Position numbers and translations under genes: made by a program
From: Candidatus Latescibacterota bacterium
GTDB taxonomy: Bacteria > Latescibacterota > UBA2968
Reading direction: 5' to 3'
NCBI GenBank assembly: GCA_965222605.1
Contig: OZ244960.1
Coordinates: 5,312,001-5,376,000, forward strand
Length of the DNA stretch: 64,000 bases
Shown here: piece after piece, positions 27,919 through 38,289 of the stretch
Position numbering within the stretch: position 1 is the first letter of the stretch
Layout of the letters: each line of letters opens with the position of its first letter
The notes under the pieces: generated by a model
Database searches by the model: none
What the model was told of the DNA's origin: nothing
What the model saw: the letters and a program-made list of their open reading frames with translations, nothing else

Positions 27919-29841
27919 ATGAGTAAAGTAATAGGCATTGATCTGGGAACGACCAACTCGTGTGTCGCTGTGATGGAAGGTGGCGACCCGGTTGTTATTC
28001 CAAATTCAGAAGGGGGGCGCACCACGCCCTCTGTAGTTGCATTCGCACAAGATGGGGAGCGCCTCGTTGGTCAGGTTGCCAAACGGCAGGCTGTGACCAA
28101 TCCGGGCAAAACCATTTATTCTATCAAGCGTTTTATGGGACGCCGCCGCGAAGAGGTGAGCACTGAAATTTCCGAAGTGCCTTACACGATTGCGAGTGAT
28201 GCCAATGGGCTGGCATCTGTACAGCTCGACGACAAGACATATACCCCGCCCGAGATTTCGGCGATGGTGCTGCAAAAAATGAAGCAAACCGCTGAAGATT
28301 ATCTCGGCGAAACCGTCACGCAGGCTGTGGTCACGGTTCCCGCATATTTTAACGATGCACAGCGACAGGCGACCAAAGATGCCGGGAAAATTGCTGGCCT
28401 CGATGTGTTGCGTATTGTCAACGAGCCAACGGCTGCATCATTGGCTTATGGTATGGACAAAAAGAGCGATGAAAAAATCGCGGTTTACGACCTCGGCGGT
28501 GGCACGTTTGACATTTCTATTCTCGAACTGGGCGATGGCGTCTTTGAAGTCAAATCGACCAATGGCGATACCCATTTGGGCGGCGATGACTTTGATCAGC
28601 GCGTCATTGACTTTCTGGCCGAGGAATTTTTGAAGGAAAATAGCGTGGATTTGCGCCAGGACCCCATGGCTTTGCAACGCCTGAAAGAAGCGGCAGAAAA
28701 AGCCAAGTGCGAATTGTCGAGTTCCGCATCTACCGACATCAATCTGCCGTTTATCACGGCCGATGCGTCTGGTCCCAAGCATCTCAATGTCAATCTGTCC
28801 CGCGCGAGATTTGAGCAACTTGTCGATGATCTCGTCGAGCGCACCAAACAGCCCTGTTTACAGGCTATTCGGGACGCCGGTCTTTCAGCTTCTGATATCG
28901 ATGAAGTGATTCTGGTAGGCGGATCAACGCGCATTCCCAAAGTACAGGAAATTGTGCAGGAAGTTTTTGGCAAAGAGCCTAATAGGGGAGTAAACCCCGA
29001 TGAAGTCGTCGCCATTGGCGCGGGCATTCAGGCGGGTGTGCTCTCGGGCGATGTGACTGATGTGTTGTTGCTCGACGTGACCCCGCTCTCGCTGGGTATT
29101 GAAACGCTCGGTGGTGTGATGACGCGCCTCATTGATCGCAATACTACGATTCCGTCAAAAAAGACCGAAGTGTTTTCAACCGCTGGCGACAGTCAGCCCT
29201 CGGTTGAGATTCACGTTTTGCAAGGCGAGCGCGATATGGCGTTGGACAACCGCACCATTGGTCGGTTCCATCTCGATGGCATTCCGCCTGCGCCGCGCGG
29301 TGTGCCGCAAATTGAAGTCACATTTGACATTGATGCAAATGGCATTCTCAATGTCTCGGCTAAAGACAAGGGCACGGGCAAAGAGCAGAATATTCGCATT
29401 GAAGCCTCGTCGGGATTGTCAGATGCGGAAATTGATAAAATGGTCAGTGATGCACAGGCCAATGCGGCCGAAGACAAGAAGAAACGCGAGGCTGTGGAAA
29501 TTAAAAATACAGCCGAGCAGCAGGTGCATCAGACCGAAAAACAGATAGAAGAAATGGGTGACAAGGTCAGTGCTGAAACAAAGGCCAAAGTGACGGAGGC
29601 CGTTGAGAAGGTCAAAGACGCCCTCAAGGGGGACAATATTGACGCGATCAAAGCGGCCAATGAGAATCTCACTCAGGTCTGGCATCAGGTTGCGAGTGAA
29701 CTCTATCAACAAGCTGCAGCAGATGAGGCACCCCAGGGTGCGCCAGGAGAACCACCACCAGGTGGTGCAGAAGGTCCCAAACAAAGCGATGATGGGGCTG
29801 TTGATGCTGAATATGAAGTTGTGGATGATAAGAAGAAGTAA
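27919..29841 (+). CDS. dnaK: Chaperone DnaK (Hsp70)
   Basis: '[14 protein letters not shown]', 'DLGGGTFD', 'GGSTRIP', '[12 protein letters not shown]'; AAGGAG RBS. Confidence 0.99.
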   Translation: MSKVIGIDLGTTNSCVAVMEGGDPVVIPNSEGGRTTPSVVAFAQDGERLVGQVAKRQAVTNPGKTIYSIKRFMGRRREEVSTEISEVPYTIASDANGLASVQLDDKTYTPPEISAMVLQKMKQTAEDYLGETVTQAVVTVPAYFNDAQRQATKDAGKIAGLDVLRIVNEPTAASLAYGMDKKSDEKIAVYDLGGGTFDISILELGDGVFEVKSTNGDTHLGGDDFDQRVIDFLAEEFLKENSVDLRQDPMALQRLKEAAEKAKCELSSSASTDINLPFITADASGPKHLNVNLSRARFEQLVDDLVERTKQPCLQAIRDAGLSASDIDEVILVGGSTRIPKVQEIVQEVFGKEPNRGVNPDEVVAIGAGIQAGVLSGDVTDVLLLDVTPLSLGIETLGGVMTRLIDRNTTIPSKKTEVFSTAGDSQPSVEIHVLQGERDMALDNRTIGRFHLDGIPPAPRGVPQIEVTFDIDANGILNVSAKDKGTGKEQNIRIEASSGLSDAEIDKMVSDAQANAAEDKKKREAVEIKNTAEQQVHQTEKQIEEMGDKVSAETKAKVTEAVEKVKDALKGDNIDAIKAANENLTQVWHQVASELYQQAAADEAPQGAPGEPPPGGAEGPKQSDDGAVDAEYEVVDDKKK

Positions 29842-29856
29842 AGGTTGAATACAACG

Positions 29857-29895
29857 ACAAAACGCCGAGGACTTTTTGCCCTCGGCGTTTTTGTT
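29857..29895. terminator. Bidirectional intrinsic terminator between dnaK and the SH3 gene
   Basis: AAAACGCCGAGG-loop-CCTCGGCGTTTT. Confidence 0.85.
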
Positions 29896-29910
29896 ATTAT
29901 AAAAAGCTGA

Positions 29911-30741
29911 TCACGACGCTTTTTCAATTGTCACGCGGATCGCACTCAGGGGTTTGATAAAGCGGAACCTGACGGTTTTACCGCGTGCGTCAAACCCGCC
30001 TGTGCCAACATCCTGGCTCGACAATTCCCGCAAAAAATTTGCGATCCAGGTTGTGTCGCGTTGCCATTGCGGTACGGCATTCCGGACAAACAAGCGCACG
30101 AGATCAGCATTGCGATTCAAGTCGGCATCGGATATATCGAGCACGGTTACCATAATTTCGGATCGCAACAAATCGGCTTCTGGTCCCCAGAACTCCAAAA
30201 CGACTTGTCCACTGCCGGTTGCGCCAAAATGGCGTGGCTGACCCTCGATAGGATCCACTTCTTCCAGTATTAGATCATCGGGCATTCCCGCGATCATGCC
30301 ATCAATGGATAGCGCGCCGGGAGACGGTGGCGTTGTCTGTGTTGCTTGTGTCGCTTGCGGTTCAGTTGCAGGCTGAGTTGGGCGTGCTATAGGCCGTTTT
30401 TTTCGGGTGCTTGAAGAACGACGCGCGAGGTCTTTTTGCAAAGCTGCACGCACGGCTGCGGCGTCTCCGACATAATTGCCGTGTACCCATCCCTCAGTTT
30501 TTCCATCTACGCGCACACGTAACCAGGGATTGTCCCTTTCAAAAATCTCCAGTTCACGACCGCGCTGCAAGCGCTCAACCACCTGCGATTTTGTCGTTGG
30601 CTTCTCGCGCAAATTCAGAATGGGAACGGTGACATAGACTGTTTCTTTCGGTAATAGAAAATCGCAACCGCTTAAACTCGCCATGATTACACAAAAAAGG
30701 CCGACAAAAAATCGGTCGGCCAAAAATTTCAACCGCACCAT
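29911..30741 (-). CDS. SH3b domain lipoprotein
   Basis: Lipobox 'LSGC'; 'LNLREKPTTKS.VV..L..G...WLRV....EGWVHGNYV'. Confidence 0.8.
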   Translation of the reverse strand: MVRLKFLADRFFVGLFCVIMASLSGCDFLLPKETVYVTVPILNLREKPTTKSQVVERLQRGRELEIFERDNPWLRVRVDGKTEGWVHGNYVGDAAAVRAALQKDLARRSSSTRKKRPIARPTQPATEPQATQATQTTPPSPGALSIDGMIAGMPDDLILEEVDPIEGQPRHFGATGSGQVVLEFWGPEADLLRSEIMVTVLDISDADLNRNADLVRLFVRNAVPQWQRDTTWIANFLRELSSQDVGTGGFDARGKTVRFRFIKPLSAIRVTIEKAS

Positions 30742-30744
30742 CAA

Positions 30745-31194
30745 TCATTCCTCCATTGATTCTATATTATCCAGTGATTCACGCCAGGTAAATGGATTCT
30801 GAATCTTAACTCCTCTGATGATCTGGCCATCATTCAGGTCTTCGCTCAGAATCATATCACACCGGGCACTTTCGGCACAAACCAGCACCAGAGCATCCCA
30901 AAAAGAAATCTGGTTATGCTGGCTACAGTCAATGGCCTCATAGATCAAGGCAGGCGATACTGGAACCACTTCAAGATTTCCAAAAGCCTGCAATATGCGC
31001 TTGGCCTTTAAAGGATCAACGCCCAGTTTTCGAGTTGCGACTACGAAGAACTCCTGCATGACCTGAGTAGAGATAACAGATCTATTTGCCTTCTGCAATT
31101 GTTTGAGGATCGCGCGACACGCATTTTGCTTTTCTGGCTCATCCTGATCTGTGGCGTAAATCAGGATATTCGTATCGAGAAAAACTTTAGACAC
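30745..31194 (-). CDS. PIN domain (VapC-like) toxin
   Basis: 'VFLDTNILIY', 'STQVMQEF', 'SFWDAL', 'SEDL'. Confidence 0.92.
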   Translation of the reverse strand: MSKVFLDTNILIYATDQDEPEKQNACRAILKQLQKANRSVISTQVMQEFFVVATRKLGVDPLKAKRILQAFGNLEVVPVSPALIYEAIDCSQHNQISFWDALVLVCAESARCDMILSEDLNDGQIIRGVKIQNPFTWRESLDNIESMEE

Positions 31195-31411
31195 GATAGA
31201 GGTCTTCCCGTTTCCACGTGGCACCTCGGGAGTGTGCTTGTGCCTGATCCATCAATTCGAAGCATTCATCGAGCCAGTGCTTTGAGGCAGGCATAACCGT
31301 TTGTTCCAGTAAGGAGTGGATTAGGCCATTCAGAGACGTATTGCGCTCTTGTGCATAGGCTCGTCCTGCTTTTATCACTTCCTCATCGAGGGCAATGATA
31401 ATATTTTCCAT
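31187..31411 (-). CDS. RHH-like antitoxin (DUF6364-like)
   Basis: 'NIIIALDEEVIKAGRAYA..NTSLN.LI', ends 'WKREDLY'; overlaps the PIN start. Confidence 0.8.
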   Translation of the reverse strand: MENIIIALDEEVIKAGRAYAQERNTSLNGLIHSLLEQTVMPASKHWLDECFELMDQAQAHSRGATWKREDLYRV

Positions 31412-31497
31412 GGTATCTGCTTTCTGGAGAAGGCGGCATTTTGCCGACAAAGACAAAACGCACCATCAATCATACCTCCGTAAAAACCCCTGTGGAT

Positions 31498-31521
31498 ATA
31501 TTTTCGATGGATTGAAAATAT
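31498..31521. promoter_or_regulatory. Inverted repeat, candidate operator or terminator
   Basis: ATATTTTC-N8-GAAAATAT between the sulfatase and the antitoxin. Confidence 0.35.
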
Positions 31522-31559
31522 CGGAAATGCGATTGCTGATCAAGGATTAAATTCCACTT

Positions 31560-32987
31560 TTAATCCAGATATGTCATCTGTGAGGTTTGAGGCCATTTGC
31601 ATTGTTCGGGTGCATTTGTCGCGCTTGCCCATTCCCGAATGATCTCCAGATCCCTTCTTTTTTCCAGCATCTTCTCCGCAACCCACTCCGGGTCCCATCC
31701 GTCCAGCACTTTTGCTGTTAGTTCTTCTTGAATCGCCTGGCAATCTCCGTCGTCCGCACGATTGTGTACTTCTTCTGGATCTTCGGATAGATTGAATAAT
31801 TGCGGATCATATCCGTGATAGTAAATTAATTTCCAGTCGCCTTGCCGAATCATGCGCTGGTAGTGGCCTTCGTAGATACAGTACTCAGAAAAAGCAATAT
31901 CCTCCCAGGTATCCTCTTCGCCGCGTAGCAATGGCAACAGGCTGCGCCCGCGCGAATGGGGCAATTCGGGTGCGCCCAATGCGTCGAGCATGGTCGTATT
32001 TAAGTCCAGTGCGCTGATGACGCGGTTATTGACTTGTCCTTTGGGCAGCACATCGGGCCATGAAATAATTGCCGGTACTCGAACAGATTCCTCGTAAAAT
32101 GTCCGTTTCATCCACAGTGCTTTTTCCCCCACCTGTTCACCGTGGTCTGATGAATATACGATCATTGTGTTCTGTGCAAATCCATTCCGTTTTAATGCCT
32201 CCAAAATCTGTCCGATCATGCGATCCATCGCTGTGACCAGTGCCCAGTAAGCTGCGCGGGCGCGCAAGGTATCGGCATCTTCAATTTCCAAGAAACTGTT
32301 TCGTTCGCGCCACCATTGAAAAAAGGGATGCGACTCGTCACCCATTGGTTTGGGATGTTTTGGAGGCGTAATCACATCGATGTACTGATCGTAGTCTGCT
32401 TTTCGCGCAATATACGGCGAGTGTGGAAGTATATATCCCACATGCAAGCAAAAGGGGTGATCCGTTTGTCCGCTGCGTTTTTTTATGCCCTCTCGATTGA
32501 TAAAATCAATTGCTGCCGCTGTCACATCTTCATCGTGTACTTCGTAACTGCTCTGGCCCGCACCTGATTTTTGAACCGATTGGATTAAGTTGCTGGGGGC
32601 ATCGCCGTTGCCCGGGTAGTTTGAGGAATGATCTCCAATGGGACGATCCACATATCCGTGCAACTGGTCTGTGCCCAGGGCGTGCATGCGGCCTGTGAGG
32701 ACGGGACGGTAGCCCGCCGCGCCCATTGCATGCGCGATTGTTGGCCGTCCTGAATCCAGGATGTGGTGGTTTGTCCACACTTCATTCTCATACGGGTACC
32801 GTCCGGTTAACATCGACATCCGCGATGGCGTGCATACAGGCGATGGGCAATAGGCATTATTAAATCTCACGCCCTGTGCAGCGAGCGCATCCAGATGGGG
32901 CGTTTGAACGAGTGGATCACCATAACAGCCGAGCACTTTTGGGCTGTGCTGATCAGAGTGGATGTAGAGCAAGTTTGGTCGGTTCAC
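31560..32987 (-). CDS. Cys-type sulfatase (choline-sulfatase-like)
   Basis: 'SDQH', CxPxR 'CTPSRMSMLTG', 'SDHGE', 'YEES.RVP'. Confidence 0.92.
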   Translation of the reverse strand: MNRPNLLYIHSDQHSPKVLGCYGDPLVQTPHLDALAAQGVRFNNAYCPSPVCTPSRMSMLTGRYPYENEVWTNHHILDSGRPTIAHAMGAAGYRPVLTGRMHALGTDQLHGYVDRPIGDHSSNYPGNGDAPSNLIQSVQKSGAGQSSYEVHDEDVTAAAIDFINREGIKKRSGQTDHPFCLHVGYILPHSPYIARKADYDQYIDVITPPKHPKPMGDESHPFFQWWRERNSFLEIEDADTLRARAAYWALVTAMDRMIGQILEALKRNGFAQNTMIVYSSDHGEQVGEKALWMKRTFYEESVRVPAIISWPDVLPKGQVNNRVISALDLNTTMLDALGAPELPHSRGRSLLPLLRGEEDTWEDIAFSEYCIYEGHYQRMIRQGDWKLIYYHGYDPQLFNLSEDPEEVHNRADDGDCQAIQEELTAKVLDGWDPEWVAEKMLEKRRDLEIIREWASATNAPEQCKWPQTSQMTYLD

Positions 32988-33022
32988 GTTTCCTCCAGAG
33001 TCTTTTTTGCCAGTAAACAGAA

Positions 33023-33049
33023 GGCAGGCAGCGGTTGCCCGTGCCTGCC
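33023..33049. repeat. Intergenic GC-rich hairpin (REP-like or terminator)
   Basis: GGCAGGCA-N11-TGCCTGCC. Confidence 0.45.
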
Positions 33050-33077
33050 ATTATTTTGTCAATCAAGAGTGAGACAG

Positions 33078-34049
33078 CTATTTTTCACTCGCAGCTACTG
33101 GGTTCTCTAAGCGGCCGATACCCGAGATCTCAATTTCTACCTTGTCGCCTGGTTGCATATAGGTTCCCGTTGTATTACCCACGCCCGAAATTGTACCCGT
33201 GCTGATCAGGTCGCCCGGCTCGAGTGTGATAATCGCCGAGATGTATTCGATAATTTTATCCACGGGATACAACATTTGTCCCGTGTTATTGTGCTGTTTG
33301 CGGTCGCCATTCACATACGTGCTGATGTCGAGGGTATGTGGGTCTGTGATCTCATCGGAGGTTACAATCCACGGTCCCTGGGGCGCAAAGGTGTCCAGCC
33401 ATTTGCCGTTCAACCAGTCGAACCATTCATCTCTCGGGCGGCTATCTGTGCGTTTTTTAATTTCTAACATGCGCTCGGAAACATCATTCATGACCGTATA
33501 ACCCGCGACGTAGTCCAGTGCGTCTTCTGCTTGTACGCCCTTTGCCTCTCGGCCAATCACCACGGCCAATTCGCCTTCCCAATCTACGCTTCTTGCGATG
33601 GGGGGTATCAAAATTTGATCACCTGGCCCGATTACAGTCGAGGTTGGGGGTTTCATAAATACGCGCGGTGTTTCCTTGTCCTGAATTTGCATCTTGGCCG
33701 TGCCGCCTTCTTCAATGTGATCCTGATAATTGCCCGCAAGGCAGAATAATTTGCGCGGATTGGGTACCGGCGCGCTCAATTTGACTTCGTTGACGGCAAA
33801 GCCGGTCTCGCCATCCGGTGTGCCATTCAAACGCTTTTCAGCATCAGCCGCCGCCTGTTGTGCCGCAGACTGGCCCTCTGTCCCGGCTTCGAGAAGGGCC
33901 AGCATATCCGTAAAAAAGGGATGCGCTTCGCGTTTTTCTGATTGGGCTAATGCGCTGTCTGCTGCTGCGAGATCGACGATAATCGCGTCATCTGCGACGA
34001 CTGCGCCAATGGATTCTTTACCGCCGACTGAATAAGTCGCGAGTTTCAT
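33078..34049 (-). CDS. Fumarylacetoacetate hydrolase family protein
   Basis: 'NY.DH..E', 'DWEGELAVVIG', 'NDVSER', 'LEPGDLISTGT'. Confidence 0.92.
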   Translation of the reverse strand: MKLATYSVGGKESIGAVVADDAIIVDLAAADSALAQSEKREAHPFFTDMLALLEAGTEGQSAAQQAAADAEKRLNGTPDGETGFAVNEVKLSAPVPNPRKLFCLAGNYQDHIEEGGTAKMQIQDKETPRVFMKPPTSTVIGPGDQILIPPIARSVDWEGELAVVIGREAKGVQAEDALDYVAGYTVMNDVSERMLEIKKRTDSRPRDEWFDWLNGKWLDTFAPQGPWIVTSDEITDPHTLDISTYVNGDRKQHNNTGQMLYPVDKIIEYISAIITLEPGDLISTGTISGVGNTTGTYMQPGDKVEIEISGIGRLENPVAASEK

Positions 34050-34071
34050 GTTTTTCTCCTTGTGCGAATGC

Positions 34072-34935
34072 TTAATGACTGGTGAACGATAGTGGAAACG
34101 TCGGCTCTTGGGCCTGATTTTGCGTGGGGGTTTCGATCTTCTGGTGATAATATTCTTCGACGAATTCCGCCAGATTTTTGCTCGCCTCTTCAAACACAAT
34201 TTTGCCTTTTTCTGCAGTTGCCTTTTCCGCCTCGCCCATCACGCCCGAATCTGTATATTGACTCGTCCATTCAATTATTCCCACAGGTCCTCTGCTGAAC
34301 AGATCGGTCCAGACAAATTTGGATCCCCGCTTATTGGTTTTGGCAATTTCGCTCTTGATTTTATCCTTGCGCACGCTTTCTGGAGATAAATAGAGCAACA
34401 TGGATGTTTCCAATTCGCCTGCATGCGAACACCCGCCGGGAAATACGCTTTCGCGCCATTCTTTGTCAAAGTCTGGATCGACCTTGAGCAATTGCCACCA
34501 CGAGCAAAAAGCACAACTCGCGTCTGTTTCTACAATTGTGCGCCGGGCGACCATTTCGACCAGATTGTGATTGGAACCGTGTCCGTTGACGAGCATCATT
34601 TTTTTGAAGCCGTGATAGGCCAGACTTTTGCAGATGTCCAGCACGTACTGAATAAAGTGTTCGTAGTGTATATTCAGCGAGCCGGGAAAATCCATGACGT
34701 GATGCACATATCCATAACTCACGGGCGGTAGCACCAGGCTGTATTCCGGTTTTAAGCGCGCGCCTTCGGTCGCCACGGCATTGGCACACAGATGATCGAC
34801 TTTCAAGGGCAAGTGATGCCCGTGCTGTTCGACTGCTCCGGTTGGAATAATCGGAATTTTTCCCATTTCCACTGCTTCGTTCACTTCGGGCCAGGTCAGT
34901 TCGTCAAATTTGTAGATATCTTTTACAGAAGCCAT
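34072..34935 (-). CDS. Creatininase family amidohydrolase
   Basis: 'G.VEQHG.HLPL..D', 'NGHG.N', 'HAGELETS'. Confidence 0.92.
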   Translation of the reverse strand: MASVKDIYKFDELTWPEVNEAVEMGKIPIIPTGAVEQHGHHLPLKVDHLCANAVATEGARLKPEYSLVLPPVSYGYVHHVMDFPGSLNIHYEHFIQYVLDICKSLAYHGFKKMMLVNGHGSNHNLVEMVARRTIVETDASCAFCSWWQLLKVDPDFDKEWRESVFPGGCSHAGELETSMLLYLSPESVRKDKIKSEIAKTNKRGSKFVWTDLFSRGPVGIIEWTSQYTDSGVMGEAEKATAEKGKIVFEEASKNLAEFVEEYYHQKIETPTQNQAQEPTFPLSFTSH

Positions 34936-34961
34936 TATTTCACCTTTCTAAGGATATTTAG

Positions 34962-36108
34962 TCAATTCCTAATCGAGACATCGCCGCCACTCGATTCTTT
35001 TACTTTAACTGGCTTTGCGCCACCACGCACCAGGATGTCGCCACCAGAGCTGGCATGGGCGTTTACGGTTTTAGTCAACATAGCAATGATATCGCCTCCA
35101 CTGGAAGCCCGTAGATTGCCGTTCTGACATGTGAGATCGCTCGCCTTCACATCGGCACTGCTGGTCGCTTTGACGTCCAAATTGTCGCACGTTCCGGACA
35201 GTACGACATCGCCACTACTGGTCGCATCTACAGACACATCTCCGCCAGAGACTTTGGCGCGGATATTACTGGAGGATGTGGACCGCAAATTGAGCTGCTG
35301 GGCAGTGAGATCGCTCGCCTTCACATCGGCACTGCTGGTCGCTTTGATGTCCAATTTATCACAAGTTCCGGATAGGATTACATCGGCGCTGCTGGTCGCT
35401 TTGATGTCCAAATTATCGTAAGTTCCGGATGAGATCGCTCGCCTTCACATCGGCACTGCTGGTCGCATGTCCAATTTATCACAACGGATAGGATACATCG
35501 GCGCTGCTGGTCGCTTTGATGTCCAAATTATCGTAAGTTCCGGATAGGATTACATCGCCACTACTGGTCGCATCTACGGATACATCGCCACCCGCGACTT
35601 CCGCATTGATGTCTCCAGAAGAAGAAGCTTTGATGGCAAGATCACTGGTTTTGATTTCCTGTGCCGTTACGATGCTGCTGGAAGACGCGTCGAGACGGTC
35701 AATACTGGGGGCTGTAACGCGCACTGTGTAGGTGGGTACGCGCTCGCCATTTATTTTTATAACGCGCTGTCCATTGACGCGCTTAATCGATATGTTCTTG
35801 TCGTTGGACTCTATGCCGAAGAACCGCTGCCAGGTTGATGAGTTCTTACCCTTCCATATCTCTTCCGGACGCGTGGCAATAAGTACGCCATCCTCCACCC
35901 GTAGCTCCAGGCCGCTGAAATCACCGCTCTCGGTATAGGCCACTACACTGAAGGCATTGCCCTGTGTGAGTTCGATATCAACGGCGGCACTGGCATATAC
36001 ACCGGTAAATCCTTTGAGATCGTACGTCTTGTTCTCATCAGCGTGACTCGTGAGCCAGCCAACAAGTACTACCATCGTCAAAACGGTAAGGTATAGCCAA
36101 AATTGCAT
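34962..36108 (-). pseudogene. GIN/DUF2807 beta-helix (adhesin-head-like) protein split by a 115-bp imperfect duplication
   Basis: 19-aa repeats 'DIKATSSADVILSGT.D.L'; two ORFs in different frames; deleting 35431-35545 restores a single 343-aa ORF. Confidence 0.8.
35130..35590. repeat. Coding tandem repeats, unit about 57 bp
   Basis: Recurrent ACATCGGCRCTGCTGGTCGCTTTGATGTCCAA. Confidence 0.9.
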
Positions 36109-36177
36109 TGTAACCCTCCTTAATTTGTCCTGCCTGCTGTGCGGTTTGAAGGGGAACCACTGTCGTCGCATCCGTTG

Positions 36178-36205
36178 CGGGCGGGCACAGGGGCACCGCC
36201 CCTAC
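36178..36205 (-). repeat. GTAG-type REP element
   Basis: Minus strand GTAG-GGGCGG...CCCGCCC hairpin at the racemase stop. Confidence 0.6.
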
Positions 36206-37314
36206 ATCACCCTGAACTCCATCACCACATCTTCGTTCAGATCTACACCCAGTCCGGGGCGATCTGTCAGATGTAATGCACCATCTCGAAATGCCATCTC
36301 GTGTTGGGCCAGCTTTTGTGCCAGGGGAGATGGCACTCGCGTGTATTCTGTTAGAGGTTGTTCGCCCGCTGCGGCCCATTGGGCAGATGCTGCCAATAAG
36401 ACACCGGTGCCAAATGCGTGAGGTACGGCACGTGCCCCCGTCTCGTTCGCCAATTTTTCAATTGCCAGACCGCCGGTAATTCCACCTACGCGCCCCAAAT
36501 CGGGTTGTACAAAATGGAGTTTGCCATTGTGCAGCAAGTCGGCGTATTCGCTTACCAGAGTCATTGCTTCGCCACCAGCAATTGGAATGGACGATTGCGT
36601 TGAGAGTTCGCCATATCCCTGCACATCAAATGGGTGCAACGGCTCCTCGAGCCAGAACACATTGTATTTCTCAAATCGCGCCACGCGGCCCAATGCGGTT
36701 TCCGCATCCCACGCGCGACCTGCATCTACCATCAAATTTACATCTGGCCCCAAAGCGTCTCGTGCCGCTGCGACCAGTGCCTCGTCTAAATCTGCATCTG
36801 GTCCCATTGGCGCCCAACCGTATTTTACAGACTGATAGCCCTGTGTCAAAAATGCGCTCGCGGATTTTTGTACCAATTCCGGATGCTCGGGCCACAGGAC
36901 ACTCGCATAAGCAGGCACTACATCTGCAGCATCATCTCGCAATAGCTTGCGCACGGGTTTGCCTGCAGCTTTTCCCCGAATATCCCACAGTGCCATGTCA
37001 ATGCCACTCATGGCCTGCCGCGCCACGCCGCCGGGACCATACCAGGATACGCCTTCGATCATGGCGTCGTGAATTGCGTCAAAATCCAGCGCGTCCATGC
37101 CGATTACTATCGCTGATAGGCCATGGCGAAATGGCGCAGAGCGCGGTGCTTCAATTACGGCTTTGGCTACGTAGGAACACGATACGGCTTCACCCAATCC
37201 CGTTATGCCCTCATCGGTATGCACCCGCACGATCAGGCAGTCCTGAGTCCCATCGGCTGCCTCTACAACTTCTGGTAACCGCAAATGAATGGCTTCAATA
37301 TGGGTAATTTTCAT
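36202..37314 (-). CDS. Mandelate racemase/muconate lactonizing enzyme family
   Basis: 'SGIDMALWDIRGK', 'MVDAG', 'WLEEP', 'GGE', 'QPDL', 'PH.F', 'PGLG'. Confidence 0.9.
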   Translation of the reverse strand: MKITHIEAIHLRLPEVVEAADGTQDCLIVRVHTDEGITGLGEAVSCSYVAKAVIEAPRSAPFRHGLSAIVIGMDALDFDAIHDAMIEGVSWYGPGGVARQAMSGIDMALWDIRGKAAGKPVRKLLRDDAADVVPAYASVLWPEHPELVQKSASAFLTQGYQSVKYGWAPMGPDADLDEALVAAARDALGPDVNLMVDAGRAWDAETALGRVARFEKYNVFWLEEPLHPFDVQGYGELSTQSSIPIAGGEAMTLVSEYADLLHNGKLHFVQPDLGRVGGITGGLAIEKLANETGARAVPHAFGTGVLLAASAQWAAAGEQPLTEYTRVPSPLAQKLAQHEMAFRDGALHLTDRPGLGVDLNEDVVMEFRVM

Positions 37315-37332
37315 ATCTTACCTTTTACGGCC

Positions 37333-38130
37333 TTACCCCTTTTGCAATACCCGCCACCGATCGTACAATGGCCGCATTTCTTTTGGCAAAAATCCGCGCA
37401 CATTGTCCGCCAGCATCCACTTCAGGCGCGGGTCTGTCTCGGCGGGTTTGCTATCTTTAGCGTACATACTCCAGCTTCCGGACAGGGTCAATCGCTCCAC
37501 ATCCTTTTTCATTACCCCGCGATGAAGCAAATTGCCAGTCCAAAATACGGTTTGTCCGGCTTTGAGGGGCACGGCATATTGTCCCGGGATATTGTCGTGA
37601 CGTTCCTCTAATAAGCACCTGCGCTCGTGGGCGGTGCGGTACCTTTTGTGACTGCCGGGCACAATTTGCAAACAATAATCATCTACCAGTGCGAGATGCC
37701 ACCTCAAACCCCTTTGGGGACGATTCAAGATTTCCATTTCTACCTGGTACGATCCGTCGCGTTCTTTACTTCCAAAATCCCGGTGCCAGCCAAAACCGTA
37801 ATCCGCCTCATAGGGATTTGTAAAGATGAGTGCGCCTCCCAATTGTAGCTGTGTCCCCAAAAAAGCGCGCGTGTATTTCATTATGGGTTCTGACATCAGA
37901 TATTCGGCAAAAACCGGCTCGTTCATCTTGGGGGCAAACAACCCGCGAATCGCCCAGGGTTCTCCGTCCTCCGAGCGGTGGGTGTACAAATCCACTTCGC
38001 CTGAACGCACCTTTTGCTTGGCGCGAATCGCAGCTTCCAACAGGGAGTTTAGCATATCGGGATCGACAGCGTCATCCACAATAAAAAACCCCTGCTTCCT
38101 GTATTGTCGTTTCTCGGTGTCGCAAAACAT
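37333..38130 (-). CDS. Phytanoyl-CoA dioxygenase family protein
   Basis: 'QGFFIV', 'WHRD', 'VPGSH', 'LLHRG'. Confidence 0.9.
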   Translation of the reverse strand: MFCDTEKRQYRKQGFFIVDDAVDPDMLNSLLEAAIRAKQKVRSGEVDLYTHRSEDGEPWAIRGLFAPKMNEPVFAEYLMSEPIMKYTRAFLGTQLQLGGALIFTNPYEADYGFGWHRDFGSKERDGSYQVEMEILNRPQRGLRWHLALVDDYCLQIVPGSHKRYRTAHERRCLLEERHDNIPGQYAVPLKAGQTVFWTGNLLHRGVMKKDVERLTLSGSWSMYAKDSKPAETDPRLKWMLADNVRGFLPKEMRPLYDRWRVLQKG

Positions 38131-38289
38131 GACCGCCTCCTTTTATGTGCGGCGCAATATAGGTGTGTCTCGCTGCAAATACAAAAAAAAAGCGCGGGGG
38201 TTTTGTCCTGCTCAGAAAACAGTGGCAGGCCAGTGTCATTGTGATATTTTAAGATAGGATACAGAGCATTGTGTGGATAAGCGATTGAA

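Larger units (their letters stand above)
30734..31479. repeat. 21-bp direct repeat (1 mismatch) flanking the PIN/antitoxin module
   Basis: CGCACCATCAATCATWCCTCC at 30734-30754 and 31459-31479; it is the RBS+start of the SH3 gene. Confidence 0.85.

Noticed and set aside
35130-35590. Regularly spaced repeats resembling a CRISPR array
   Set aside because: The intervening sequences also repeat, the unit is 57 bp (19 codons) in a coding frame, and no cas genes are present.
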